Origin: the human T2T-CHM13v2.0 reference genome, Homo sapiens
DNA length: 64,000 bases
NCBI RefSeq assembly: GCF_009914755.1
Contig: NC_060926.1
Reading direction: 5' to 3' (one strand)
The notes below the pieces were generated by a model that did no database searches, had not been told where the DNA came from, and saw nothing but the letters and a program-made list of their open reading frames with translations. Made by a program: the position numbers and the translations under genes. Below are positions 14,528 to 29,140 of this stretch, in pieces (positions within the stretch are counted from its first letter, which is position 1; each line of letters begins with the position of its first letter).

Positions 14528-14990
14528 CTGGTTTCTCAAATTTTAACTTGGACAAGAATCACCCAGAGGTCTTGTTAAAATGCAGATTCTGGGCCAGGTG
14601 TGGTGGCTCACACCTGTAATCCTAGCACTTTGGGAGGCCGAGGTGGGTGGATCACTTGAGGCCAGGAGTTCAAGACCAGCCTGGGCAACATGGCAAAACC
14701 CCGTCTCTACTAAAAATACAAAAATTAGCTGTGCATGGTGGCACATACTTGTAAACCAAGCTACTTGGGTGGCTGAGGCATGAGAATTGCTTGAACTCAT
14801 GAGGCAGAGGCTACAGTGAGCCGAGATCAGACCATTGCACTCTAGCCTGAGCAACAGAGCAAGACTCTGTCTTGAAAAAACAAAAAATAAAAAAATAAAA
14901 ATAAAAAAGCAGATTCTGATTCAGAAGGTGAGGTGGTGGGTTGCTGAGTTTCTGAATTTCTAACCAGCTCCCAGATGATGGGTCCATAGA
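14528..14990. mobile_element. MER5A-like hAT MITE interrupted by an Alu
   Basis: TGGTTTCTCAAA..AGAATCACCCAGAGGTCTTGTTAAAATGCAGATTCT before the Alu; GATTCAG..TTTCTAACCAGCTCCCAGATGATG after it. Confidence 0.7.
14592..14908 (+). mobile_element. Full-length Alu (old AluS/AluJb)
   Basis: GGCCAGGTGTGGTGGCTCAC start, A-rich linker, A tail; TSD AAAA(T/A)GCAGATTCTG at 14577-14591 and 14904-14918. Confidence 0.95.
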
Positions 14991-16266
14991 CTAGCTAGGG
15001 AGCTCTACCCTAGCTCCCTGCCTGGAAAATGAGTCCATTCAACCACACAATACCTTTTACATCTGGTACGGGCCGTAGAGTTCACAAAGCACTTTCATAT
15101 GTCTTCTCATCTGATTTTCCTAATCCTTACTTTATATTCTGCCAACCTACTCCCTTGGCCCATTTTACCAGTGAGAAAACCAAGGCTTAGATGAGTTGGA
15201 CAGGGTCTCGTGGTTACAGAGGGCAGACCAGGACAGAGGTCTTCTTCCTCCTAGCCTACATCTCTTATCTCAGAGGGGCTGTACTTGGGTGTAGATACCA
15301 GATAAATAAGCAGAGAATGATAGCTAGTTAGAGGAGAAGTATTGCAGTAATTTTGGGAGCGTTTCTTCTGTGAAGTTCAAAAGTTCTTTGTACACATTAC
15401 TATACAACCTAGTGTAGGACTTGATTCTCTTTTAGTTTTATTGTATGAGGGGCCTTTTGACAATATGTTGAAAGGTATGAGCCCTTCTCAGAAAATTTCA
15501 CTCACACTCACACCCAAATGTTAAGAGTTATAAATTTGCTTGAAACCTATGTCACTACAGCCAGGCTAAGGAGTCTGTCTCTGCTAGAAGCTACCTTTCA
15601 GTTTTTTTTCTCACCTTGTACCTTGAATTCTCCAACTAGCAAAAACATATTTCCCTCTCTTTGTCTCCTTCTATTCTCTTGGAGGTTATGATTACAGGTG
15701 ACATATAATTTATGCACAAACTTCTAGGTGATAGCACTCAAGGTATTATTATGTTCCCTTCCCTACCTCATTCCTTTCTTCCTTTATCTCTCTCTGTCTC
15801 TCCCACCTTCCCCGCCCACCCTCCCCCCCACCCCCCGTCATATCACACTCCTGTCTTGGGCTGAACTTGTCATCTAATAAGATCTATTTATTACATGATT
15901 TGCTGCTAGGTCAGTGTCTTCACCTGGGTTCCCACCAAAGTAGAGTAAGTAGAGTCTGATGACCAGGACCTGTGTGCAGCAGGTGTCTTTGAAGATGATC
16001 CCAGGGATCAGGAGTGACAACCAGGGACAGAGGAGAAGCCCATCAGTTCCTTATAGAGTTGGTTCCTCTTGTACTCAACTGGACTATCTTGTTAGGACCA
16101 TCTGAGGATATAGAATGCTACTCAGAATTGCTCATAATGAAAACCACTGAAAACAAAACACATTTATCCATCAACTCTCATACCTGTTGTCTAGGAGTTG
16201 CCCCAGCTACTGTTGCATGTGACCTGAGCAGGCTTCTCTAGGTGCAGTTCCTAAGAATCGCAGGGC

Positions 16267-16758
16267 TTTATCCGTTTCTTCAAGGTTATCCAATTTGTTG
16301 GCATATAATTGTTCACAGTAGCCTCTTATGGTCTTTTATATTCTGTGGCATCAGTTATAATGTCTCCTCTTTCATTTCTGATTCTATTTATTTGAATCTT
16401 ATTTTCTTAGTTGAGCTGAATTTTGTCAGTTTTAACCATCCTTCTCAGGGGAAAAAGACAATTTTTCCGTGGATGGGGTGGTGGTCGGGGGATGGTTTCA
16501 TCAGGCATTAGGTTCTTCTAAGGAGTGCGCAGCATAGATCTTTTGCATGCACAGTTCACAATAGGGTTCTTTTCAAGAAAACAACTGTTTTGTGATTTTC
16601 TAAAATTTTCTATTTCATTTATTTCTGCTCTAATATTTACTATTTCCTTTCTTCTGCTAATTTGGCTTAGTTTGTCCTTTTCTAGGTCCTTTACGTATAA
16701 AGTTGGGTTGTTTATTTGTGATCTTTCTTCCTTTTTAATGTAGGTGTTTATTACTACA
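16267..16758 (-). mobile_element. Old L1M ORF2 fragment (inverted 5' part of an L1MB insertion)
   Basis: TTTATCCGTTTCTTCAAGGTTATCCAATTTGTTGGCATATAATTGTTCACAGTAG..TTTCTGCTCTAATATTTACTATTTCCTTTCTTCTGCTA is antisense L1 ORF2, homologous to 34660-34780 of the younger L1. Confidence 0.85.
16452..16569 (-). mobile_element. MER1B internal fragment without terminal inverted repeats
   Basis: AAGACAATTTTTCC..CATCAGGCATTAG..CATGCACAGTTCACAATAGGGTTC, colinear with 17403-17510. Confidence 0.85.
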
Positions 16759-17184
16759 CAAGCTCATAAAAGTGGAGAGTAGAAGTGTGGTCACCCGGGA
16801 CTGGGGGAGAAAGAAATGGAGAGTTGTTCAATGGGTATAAAGTTTCAGTTATGCAACATGAATAAGTTCTGGAGAACTGCTATACATCACAGTACCTATA
16901 GTTAACAATACCGTACTGGGCCCTTAAAAATTTTAGGGGAGTAGATCTCATATTAGGTGTGCTTACCACAAAAACAAACAAACATACAAACAAAAACCAA
17001 ACAAAAAAATACAGAGTCACAAGGAAACTTTCGGAGAGGTTAATGATGGATAAATATGATGGATATGTTTATTACCTAGCTTATGGTGATGGTTCCATGT
17101 GTGTACACATATATCCAAACTCATCAAATCATAGACATTAAATATGTGCAGATTTTTGCACATCAGTTATACTTAATAAAGCTG
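16759..17184 (+). mobile_element. L1MB-type 3' end
   Basis: GTTCAATGGGTATAAAGTTTCAGTTATGCAACATGAATAAGTTCTGGAGA..CAAACTCATCAAAT..ATACTTAATAAAGCTG with poly(A) signal. Confidence 0.85.
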
Positions 17185-17291
17185 GAAGAAGGAGAAGGAA
17201 GAGGAGGTGGGAGGAAGAGAAAGAGAAGGAGAAGGAGAAACAGAAGGAGAAGGAGGAGAAGGAGAAGAAGGAGGAGGAGAATAATAATAAT
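17184..17291 (+). repeat. (GAA/GGA)n purine microsatellite plus (ATA)n, derived from the L1 tail
   Basis: GAAGAAGGAGAAGGAAGAGG...AGGAGGAGGAGAATAATAATAA immediately after the L1 AATAAA. Confidence 0.9.
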
Positions 17292-17360
17292 CTCAGGGCA
17301 GAAATGTGAGCTCTTTAAATGAGGTTCTGTTAGCAGAAGTGTCCTGCAGAGCTTCTAGCA

Positions 17361-18069
<709 letters not shown>

Positions 18070-18254
18070 TCAGCCTGCTTTTGTGCAATTGACTTATGTT
18101 AATCTAATAGAGGAATTGAGAGTTATTCCTCTTATTTTCACCTTATTGATTTTTGCCTAGCAATTTAGCCTAGAGAATATTTCAAATATTCTGTTTCCTT
18201 CACTTACAGTTGTGCCAATCTTGGCCAGTTTTGCCTGTCCACTAGGTGGTTTGC

Positions 18255-18490
18255 CTTTGGATGTGGAGTCTGCTGGCTTGGACTCAAATCCCAGTTCCAT
18301 CAACTAGCAGTGCGACTTCAGGGAAGTTACTTAACTTCTCTCACTTATAAATTGGGGATTTATAACCCTATTGTGAACTGTGCATTACAGTATGTACATA
18401 ATAAAATTTTTGTTCTAAAGATTAAATGAAATAATCCTTGAACAATTAGCTGAGTATATGGATTATGTAAAATAAATGCTTAATAAATAT
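18255..18490 (+). mobile_element. MIR SINE
   Basis: TGGAGTCTGCTGGCTTGGACTCAAATCCCAGTTCCATCAACTAGCAGTGCGACTTCAGGGAAGTTACTTAACTTCTC. Confidence 0.8.
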
Positions 18491-18494
18491 AAAC

Positions 18495-18780
18495 TATATT
18501 TTTAAATCTGATAAGTTTATAACCTCATCTAAGTCATTGGTAAAAGGATTGAACAGGAAAGGTTCAAATGAAGAACCTAATGGCAATTTTTCTGAGCCTT
18601 TCCTTTGGGTTATTCTCAATCTACAGGATCTCATAAAATCTGCTTTGAGTCCAACCACCAATCTCTTGCTTGAGTTCACCACAACAGATGACCTCAATTG
18701 CTTTGCTGAACTAAAGGAATCCTTTATCTACATAACTCAAAGTGTGGCCCATCAACTATTACTAGTCTGAAATGAGATGT
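18495..18780 (-). mobile_element. CR1/L3 LINE reverse-transcriptase fossil
   Basis: Minus-strand translation LPLGSSFEPFLFNPFTNDLDEVI resembles the CR1 RT motif VPQGSVLGPxLFNIFINDLDEGI. Confidence 0.6.
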
Positions 18781-19587
18781 ACAGAAATTGAGAGTAATTG
18801 GGCACAAATTTTTATAGGAATTTGACATTGCCTTAACGTTCAAATGCATGGTCAATGGACTGTCTTCATTGAACAGTATATAGACCAGATCTGGGAGTTT
18901 TGAAATCATAAGGTGAGCTACAGATGGTAAGTAGTAAGAACATGCTAAAGCATGTAATATTTTAAGGTTAAGTTATCAACTGTGACTCAAATGTATATAA
19001 ATACAAAAGTCCCTGTCTGTTCAAAAGTTAACTACAAATTTACAGAATAAATTGTTGGAACTGCTTACTGATAAAGAATTTAAAAATTTTGCATAGAGCA
19101 TCACTTGCTACATTTTGGGAAAAAATGTTAAAAATGAATATCCTGTTTTCTTTGCCATGAATATATCTATGTAAGACTGGTTTGTCTATTTTGTTATCAA
19201 AACATAGAGACAGTTTTGATATACATTATCCCCTATAAGTAGCACTGTCATCAGTCTAGCCTAGATTAGATAAGTTAACATCAAGAAGCAAGCTCATTCA
19301 TCACAGGAAAATTACACATTAATATACAAATTGTTCATTAAAGTGTGTACATAGGTGCTTAATATGCAGAATTTATTCCATTCATAACTTCGTTATGATT
19401 GAAGAATTACAAAAATTATGAGTGTAACAGTAATTTTCTCTATTTGTCTCTCCAGACATTGTCAATGAACAATGTGTACGGTTTTTTAAAATTCACTTTT
19501 TTTCTTATGTTTGGTAATATTAGTTGAAATGTAATTTTATGTCTACTGAATATAATATTAAAAGGGGGCAAGCATTTTGCATTCTTT

Positions 19588-20810
<1,223 letters not shown>

Positions 20811-23800
20811 AACAGTAGTTTATTTTTATTGGTTTTACAAAAGTTGCCAACCTCTTGGAAAATTTTTTAAAAAGCTAACCTTCCACAAGAGATAGTTTGA
20901 GAAGCTCTTCTCTATGCTATTCACTTGATTCACCAACCATCCCCAGAAAAGGAAATGAGTAACTCTCATGAACCGAATATAACCCTTATAAGATTTTATT
21001 ATCTATAAAATAACTGAAATTATCTCACACAAGACATTGTAAGGCTGAATTATTGTTTATGAATCAGCTTTGAAGACAGGTTAAAAAATAACCACCGATT
21101 TTTACATTCATAACAATGTCCACCAATCTCTTCTGTAACCACAGAGTGTAGTAGTGGAAGGTATCAGAGAATACCTTTCAAATTATGGTACACAAGATCA
21201 CAATAAGCATCAATACCCAGAGAAGGCAAGGAGCACCCTGGGAGGTGAGGTGAGTAGGAGGAAGTGCAGGAGCTCATGAAGAGCCTCTCTCTGGGTCAGT
21301 TTCATTTTTTAGTAAAATTTTTCATACTGACCCCATAACACAGACAATATAGCCTGGCCTGGCAGTGCTAAAACTGGAATAAAGCTATAATTCATTAGCC
21401 AACATTTATCAGTTCTGGAGTATATCCTGGGATCACCAAGACTTGAAGAAGGCAATATAAAAACACAGAAGGAAGGAAGTCAATGATAATAACAAAACCC
21501 AATGCATGATTTTTTAGGGAAAATAATGGATAAAAACATTTATGGTTTTAAAACATCTTTATTGAGACATAATCACATAAATAACATAAAAAACACCCAT
21601 TTAAAGTATACATTTTAATGGTTTGTAGTATAGTCACAGAATTGTGCAATGATCATAATTTATTTTTTTAAATTTTAATATATTCACTTTTATTATATAT
21701 AACTATTAATTGTGCACACACATATATGCTAAGTTACTGAATAAAAAATACATCAATGGTCACCTTGGAGGAATTAACAATGCCTAACAAAAGGAGCTTA
21801 GCTTCTTGCTACTTCCCTGTTTACTGCTCCAGAGGGGAGGTGAATGAGCAGCCCAGGGCTGGAAGTCCTCACCTCCCCATCAGAGATGGGCTGCAGTAAG
21901 CTAGCTGACCTTCCCCTACCATGACCCCGATCCTGACTGTGAGTGGTACTGGGCCTCCTGGGCAGGTTTTGACCAGTAGCTGTGCCTCACCAGCCCAAGT
22001 TAGTGGTTCTATTGGTTTCTCAATGTTGACTCTAGTCTGGTTGCAACTACCAATGTATTTTCCATGTGGCCACAGAACATCAGATAATGATTTTACTTCC
22101 TACTAATCTGGAGTAGGTTCAAATTGGATGTCTACAGAGAAGAGAAGGCATGGGTATGTTTCCCCATTTCTTTTCCTATATTCCAAATCCTAAGTTCCTT
22201 GAACCACTTCCTGTTTCCAAATGAGTCTGTCCTTCTAGTCTCCCACTTCCCACAATTCTCACTCTTTTCTTTGACTCTTTAGGAAAACTGATTGCCACTC
22301 TTGGAAGCGTATCTGGGATAACTGTCTTTTGATGAACTGTTACTGTTTCAGTGCCTAGACACTTAGCCAACAAAGTATTTTCTCAAGTGCAAATAACACA
22401 TTGTTTTCCAAGCGCACCACTCCAGAGCATCCCAGCCACCAACCATAGCGCCACGTGGACCCCTTCATGCATTAAAATAATAAATGCATTAATCTGGGAA
22501 GAGGGAAGAAAATGAGAATGCTATTTTATTGGAAAGCCCAAATGATTTAAAAATAAATATAAGGAAAATATAGCTCCCTAATGTAAACTTCACTGCAAAA
22601 AGGCAAACATAAAAATGTGGTCTCTGTTTCAGGTGTTCTGGAAACAAATTCACTTTTAAGATTTGGGGACCAAGTCCAAGCACTGACAAAATTAAGAGAG
22701 AAATCTGTTTTTGTAATATTTTCCTTCCTTTGTTAAACAATCTTTTCTATCTTGCAGAAGTTTTAAGATTGCAATTTTGGTTCTGATAAACAGTGATTTC
22801 ACTAACATGTATTTAAATAATTCAAAATTTGGAAACGATAGACAAACAGCACACTGGTTTACCTTCTCACTGTGTACTCATAATGCAAACCAACTGTGTA
22901 AAAACATTGGTAACATAAAATTACAACCTGAAGAGAGCTCTTCAATATTTTTGTGAGTGCTCACCGTGTGCCAGCACTGGGCCAGGACACCACATAACCT
23001 GCACGTACAGGGTGCATTCCAGAGCAGAAACAAGTGGTAAGCAGCTATGATAAAGAAGAATGCTATGCTAGATAAACAGCATGGTTCTATGACAGTTCGT
23101 GGCAAAGGCACTGCCAGAGGAAGTGCTAACCTCATGGCAAATGGAAATCACAGGTTTCTAGAAGTAAAGTGATTTTAGCTTCACTGCTTCATACTTGGAA
23201 CAGCAGACACCCATAGAGAATACAAACTTCTCTGTTCCACTCAAGTTAGAAGCAGCAGCTCAAATGCAGAAAACCACCAAAATAGAAATGCTGCCTCAAT
23301 GCATTTGAAAGGAATTTTTCAACAAGAACAGCAATTGCATATTGTCTGAAGAGGAGCAAACTGGCAATCTTTTCCATTTTTCTTTCTTCTCTAAGATGCT
23401 GGCATCTGTTTCTGCTCTGTTTACTAAGGTTTTCATTAGAAAAAGTACAATATATACAACTTTTCTCTATCATTAATATAATACATACTATCTTTTTTGA
23501 GTGTTGAATTCAGACAAGTAAAGTATCTCTGTATTTTCCATCATAGTTGGCCATAAATCCTGCAGCCTGCAAGTGATAATGTGCTTTGGCTTTATGTAAT
23601 TGTGCTGGCTGGAGCTCTGCATGCTCGTGTCTCCAGTTTTATTGTGTTGGGAAGACAGAAAACTCTTCCAAGTTCCTGATGGAGATGTTGGCAATGGTTC
23701 AGCTCTCTTGGGTGATGATATGTGGGTTGCTTTCTCTAAGGAATTGCTTCTCTCTGACCAGCAATTTTCTCTCGTGGCAGTAGTATGTCCATCCTTTGGA

Positions 23801-24136
23801 AGACCATGAAAAAAGTACAAATATTCCCCCTCTCCATAGCTTAATGTGAGAATGAGGGTGGAGGGTGGAAATGGACATGTTGGCTTTAAAAGCATAAAAG
23901 AAAATAAGTGAGTCACATTAAATGCATACACATTAATTCACCCACTCCTTCCTCCCTCCCTCCTCCCTCCCTTCCTTTATACCTTCCTTCCTCAATTCCA
24001 TATGCATTTATTAAATACCTTACATGTCCTGCACTATACTGAATGTCACGAAAGTCCTAAAGGAATTTCAAGTTCTGACATGGAAAAGACAACTATAATG
24101 GAAACTTTGGGGAAGAGTGTCAGCTTTGGCAGTATA

Positions 24137-24520
24137 TGTGTTAGGGTAACATTAGCTGCTATTAACAATAAACTTCAAAATACCAGCGACTTCACACAAC
24201 AGAAGTTTCTCTCTCACTCAGATAACAATCCAAAGCAGATGTTCCTTATCTGTGGGAGGTTTTCCTCCATGTGGTGATAAAGGATTCAGCCTTCTCTCTT
24301 GAGGCTTGGCTTTTCCCTATGGCTTCAGAATCATTTCCAGTCCCCAGAGATACTGGAAAAGGCACAGCCACTTAGAAACTCTACTTCTGCTTATTTTCCA
24401 TTGGCGAGAACTTGTCACATGACCCAGCTAGATGCAAAGGAGGCTGGGAAGTGCAGTCCCTGGCCAGGCACCTGCATTCCCCAGTATGGAAGGAGAAATG
24501 TAAAACTAAGGGACAGCCAC
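24137..24520 (-). mobile_element. MLT1-family MaLR LTR remnant
   Basis: TTAGCTGCTATTAACAATAAAC..GTCACATGACCCAGCTAGATGCAAAGGAGGCTGGGAAGTGCAGTC. Confidence 0.65.
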
Positions 24521-26124
24521 AAGAAGAATAGAAATGAATTCTCTCTCTTCTCTTTTTTTAAACAATTAATGATAGTAGAACACTTGGTAGGAAAATACTG
24601 GTGGACCTACCGAGATAAGCTAGAAATAGAACAAGGAGATTTGAGAGTCTAAAGGCTGGCATATAAGCAGATCCAACCTCCTATTTTTCAGGCAAGAAAA
24701 CATGATATTGTTTATGCTACTTCTCATTTTCAAATCCCCTATCACAGTGTGATTTGGCTCATTTTCTTTCCCTTTTTTTCTTGAAGCAATCATAAAAATT
24801 AAGTCTAAAACAAAAGTAATTCTTCAGATGGCAGGTTTGGCTGCCCTTTAAGATACCTAATTTACAAAGCTCCCTTTAATGGGTGCCATCTTACAGCCGG
24901 GGAAATGAGCCACTACCATGGAAGTCAGGTTTGTTAGCTTTTTTGCCTGAATCCCCTCCGTTTTTCTCCCAGCCTCAGCAAGCACAGTTTCTTTTCATCC
25001 TAATGTGGAGAGGGATAAAATGAAAGGAAATTTTTCCTTAATCCAATAGTGAAACTTTCCAGTTGTGAAGCACTTTGAAATACAAACTAATTAATAAACA
25101 CAACTCTCTTCCAAAGCAGTAAGGATTGCCATTCTCATTTTTCACAGCTGAGAAAGCTGCAGTTAAAATAGTTTGCCCCAGGCTGCGTACCTTGTCTGTG
25201 GAAAAACTTTGAGGCACCAGCCCTGTATTCTCTCAGGATGGCATGTTGCCTCTCTAGAGAGTAATTGGCTTTCATACGGGTTGTAGCTAACAGTGACTTC
25301 CTCAATGACTCCACAGTGCCCCTGGCACCAGCTATGCAATTGCTAATGCTCTTGTCACAAACTGTGAGTGACCCACTAAAGAAAATAAAGAAAAAGTAAT
25401 TCACTGGATGGCCCTCTCTCTCACAAACGCTTCTGGAGATTGAAGAAATACTTTTGCAATCATAAGTCCTGTGCTAAACTGAGAATCAGACAAATGAAAA
25501 GTATTTGTTCATATCCTCATGGTACTAAGACCTTAGGGCCAAAATTATTACTGCCATTTCACAGGTGGAGAAACTAAGAACCAGAGATCATTGCTCCCAG
25601 TGGGAAGTCATTACAAGTCTCTCATCTCAATGCTATCATTTTGTCTTATCTCATTAAAAGAAATACGCTTGTATACAACAGCACTGCAGCTATTTCAGTA
25701 AGAAAAAAATGATCACAGGTGACATTATGTGTGAGAGTTTGCCTTGACCATGCCTTTTATGATGGAATAATTGGTTCTGAGTTGTATCATAGATGCATAA
25801 TCACAAACAGGCCCCAGTGATGGTGGAATCTAGCCAATCTGGGAAGCCCAAAATGCTTTTACTATACCCACAGTTAAAACATTTGTATTTACAATACTGT
25901 GTCATAGCTTGCTTATGAAGTATAGGGCTTGTCATAAACACTATTGGCTGTCAAATATAAGAGAAATGCCTAGGACATAGATCTTTACAGAATCTTTGTT
26001 CTCCCTTCTTGAAGCATACACTGTTTATGTAAGTGAGGGATTAGTTATCATGAATAAATCCAGCCAGAATACTCTGGGTTCATTTTCATTGGTGACCATG
26101 GTGAGATTTAATGTTGATGTTATA

Positions 26125-26442
26125 AAACTGGACTCCTCAATATAAGAGCCACTAGCCACATGTGGCTATTGAGCTCTGCAATTTGCTGGTACAAATTGAA
26201 ACATATACATGTAAAATACACACCAGATTTTGAAGACTTCATATAAAAACAAAATTGCAAAATAGCTCATTATTTTTATATTGATTCCACGTTGAAATTT
26301 CCAAAATAATATTTTGGAAATACTGGGTGAAATATAAGATTATTAAAATGAATTTCACCTTTTTTTTTGTAATGTTATTACGGAGCTACTAGAACATTTA
26401 AAATTCTATTCGTGAATCACATATTTCTACTGGAAAGTGCTA
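26125..26442 (-). mobile_element. MER33 hAT-Charlie MITE
   Basis: GCCACTAGCCACATGTGGCTATTGAGC..AAAATACACACCAGATTTTGAAGACTT..TTTCTACTGGAAAGTGCT. Confidence 0.8.
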
Positions 26443-26536
26443 TTACAGAATTCTCTCAAGAGCTTCCTAAATTGAAAGCTTATTCAATCATTCAGTCCCC
26501 CAGACCACCAGCAACAGCTTCCTGCCAAATGCACAG

Positions 26537-26939
26537 TGTATTAGGCCATTTGCGTTGCTATGAAAAAATACCTGATGCTGGGTAATTTATAAACGAAAGG
26601 GCTTTAATTGGCTCATGTTTCTGCAGGCTGTACAAGCATGGCACCAGCATCTGCTAGGCTTCTGGTGAAGGCCTCAGGAATCTTCCAATCATGGTAGAAG
26701 GAGAAGTGGAAGCAGGCACGTCACATGGTGAGAGCTAGAGCAAGAAAGAGAGACGGGGAGGTCCTAGACTTTTAAACAACCAGATGTCTCATGAATTAAC
26801 TGGGTGGGAACTCACTTATCATCAAGGGGATGATGCAAAACCATTCATGAGGGATCCGCCTCCATGGTCCAGTCACCCCCAACACTGGCAATCAATATCA
26901 ACATGAGATTTGGAGGGGACAAACATCCAAACTGTATCA
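26537..26939 (-). mobile_element. MSTB/MSTA-like MaLR solo LTR
   Basis: TGTATTAGGCCATT...CATCCAAACTGTATCA termini; perfect 5-bp TSD CACAG at 26532-26536 and 26940-26944. Confidence 0.92.
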
Positions 26940-27049
26940 CACAGGAAGAGAATATTCAAGGAAGAGAATGTTTCCTGGCTTTAACATCTGTCTTAATTAT
27001 TTTATTTTCTAATATTGGAAAAGACACTATAAAGTATTTTTCTTATATT

Positions 27050-28054
<1,005 letters not shown>

Positions 28055-29004
28055 AGTAAGTTTGCATTTAATTGACACTATACAAAAGTTATGTTAGTTT
28101 ATTCTCATAAATGTATTTGAAAGAAAATCCTTCATCATTTTATTAATCACAATTCTTTGTAATTACTCTCCCTCAACTCAGGAGTGCTGTGAAAATGATA
28201 TTGATGACTAGAAATTGCTATGTGAAAAATATAAAGTAAAAATGTATTTGTATTTGTATATCACAAATCAACCAAACCGATGGTAGAGAGGTTACTGGTG
28301 ATACATATGAAGCATTTGCTGGGAATTGAGAAGGTGCCTATTATAAAATTAATGCGTTTGTGTCATATAATTTACTGACCAAACCCAGAGACTCTGAGAG
28401 TTAATGGTAGTGCTGTAATATTTATTCTGGGACAAAAAGCATAAATAGGACTGTCAGGAACAAATCAGGACATATGGGCACCTCGTTACATTAAATGAGA
28501 ACCGTTTCTTATGCAGGTAACCCACAGTATAGAAGTAATGGATGGGCTGTCCTCACAGGTTTATAGGAAGAAAGGGACCCTCATCCTTAATGGAAGTCCC
28601 ACGAGTTAGAACCAGCAGTTACAAGATTCTGTCTTTTCTACTGGCCACTCTGTCTCGGGTGGATGAAACCTTTCAGCAGTCCCCTTCCCGATGGAGCAAC
28701 TGACGAGCCCTGTGAGTGGAAGCTCTATCACTTTGCCCATCAGCTCACAAACTCAGAAAACTGCTTGGATGGATCTGTTCTGTCGGGTGTGGGGAGAGTC
28801 CTTCCTTGATCAATGCTTAATGAGCCAACTCTGTCATCTTCCTTTCTGTGCCCTCCATCAGAGAGGTTGGAAAGAGGGAGGAGCTATAGAGCTGCAGCTT
28901 ACTAAAGCCACTAGCCTCTGTCATTGTTCTGTTTGTTCCTCCTCGCCTTGGGAAAAAACTCAAAGCTATATCATCTTGATAAGAGCTTTCGATTAAAAAC
29001 CAGT

Positions 29005-29140
29005 GCATACATTATTATTATCTCTTGAGAGATGAAGAAATGGAGGCTCAGAGACATTAAGAGATTTGCCCAGAGGGAGTATCATGGTGGAGACTTCCGA
29101 GGCCCGGGCTGGGGCATTTTCCACCGTAACACAGTGCTAC
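29005..29140 (-). mobile_element. MIR SINE remnant
   Basis: GAGATGAAGAAATGGAGGCTCAGAGACATTAAGAGATTTGCCCAGAG. Confidence 0.7.

Noticed and set aside
17083-17322. Poly-arginine, protamine-like ORF
   Set aside because: Translation of the GAA/GGA microsatellite at an L1 tail.
23488-23931. 147-aa minus-strand ORF in unique sequence
   Set aside because: No recognisable homology, promoter context or convincing splice structure; compatible with chance in 64 kb.
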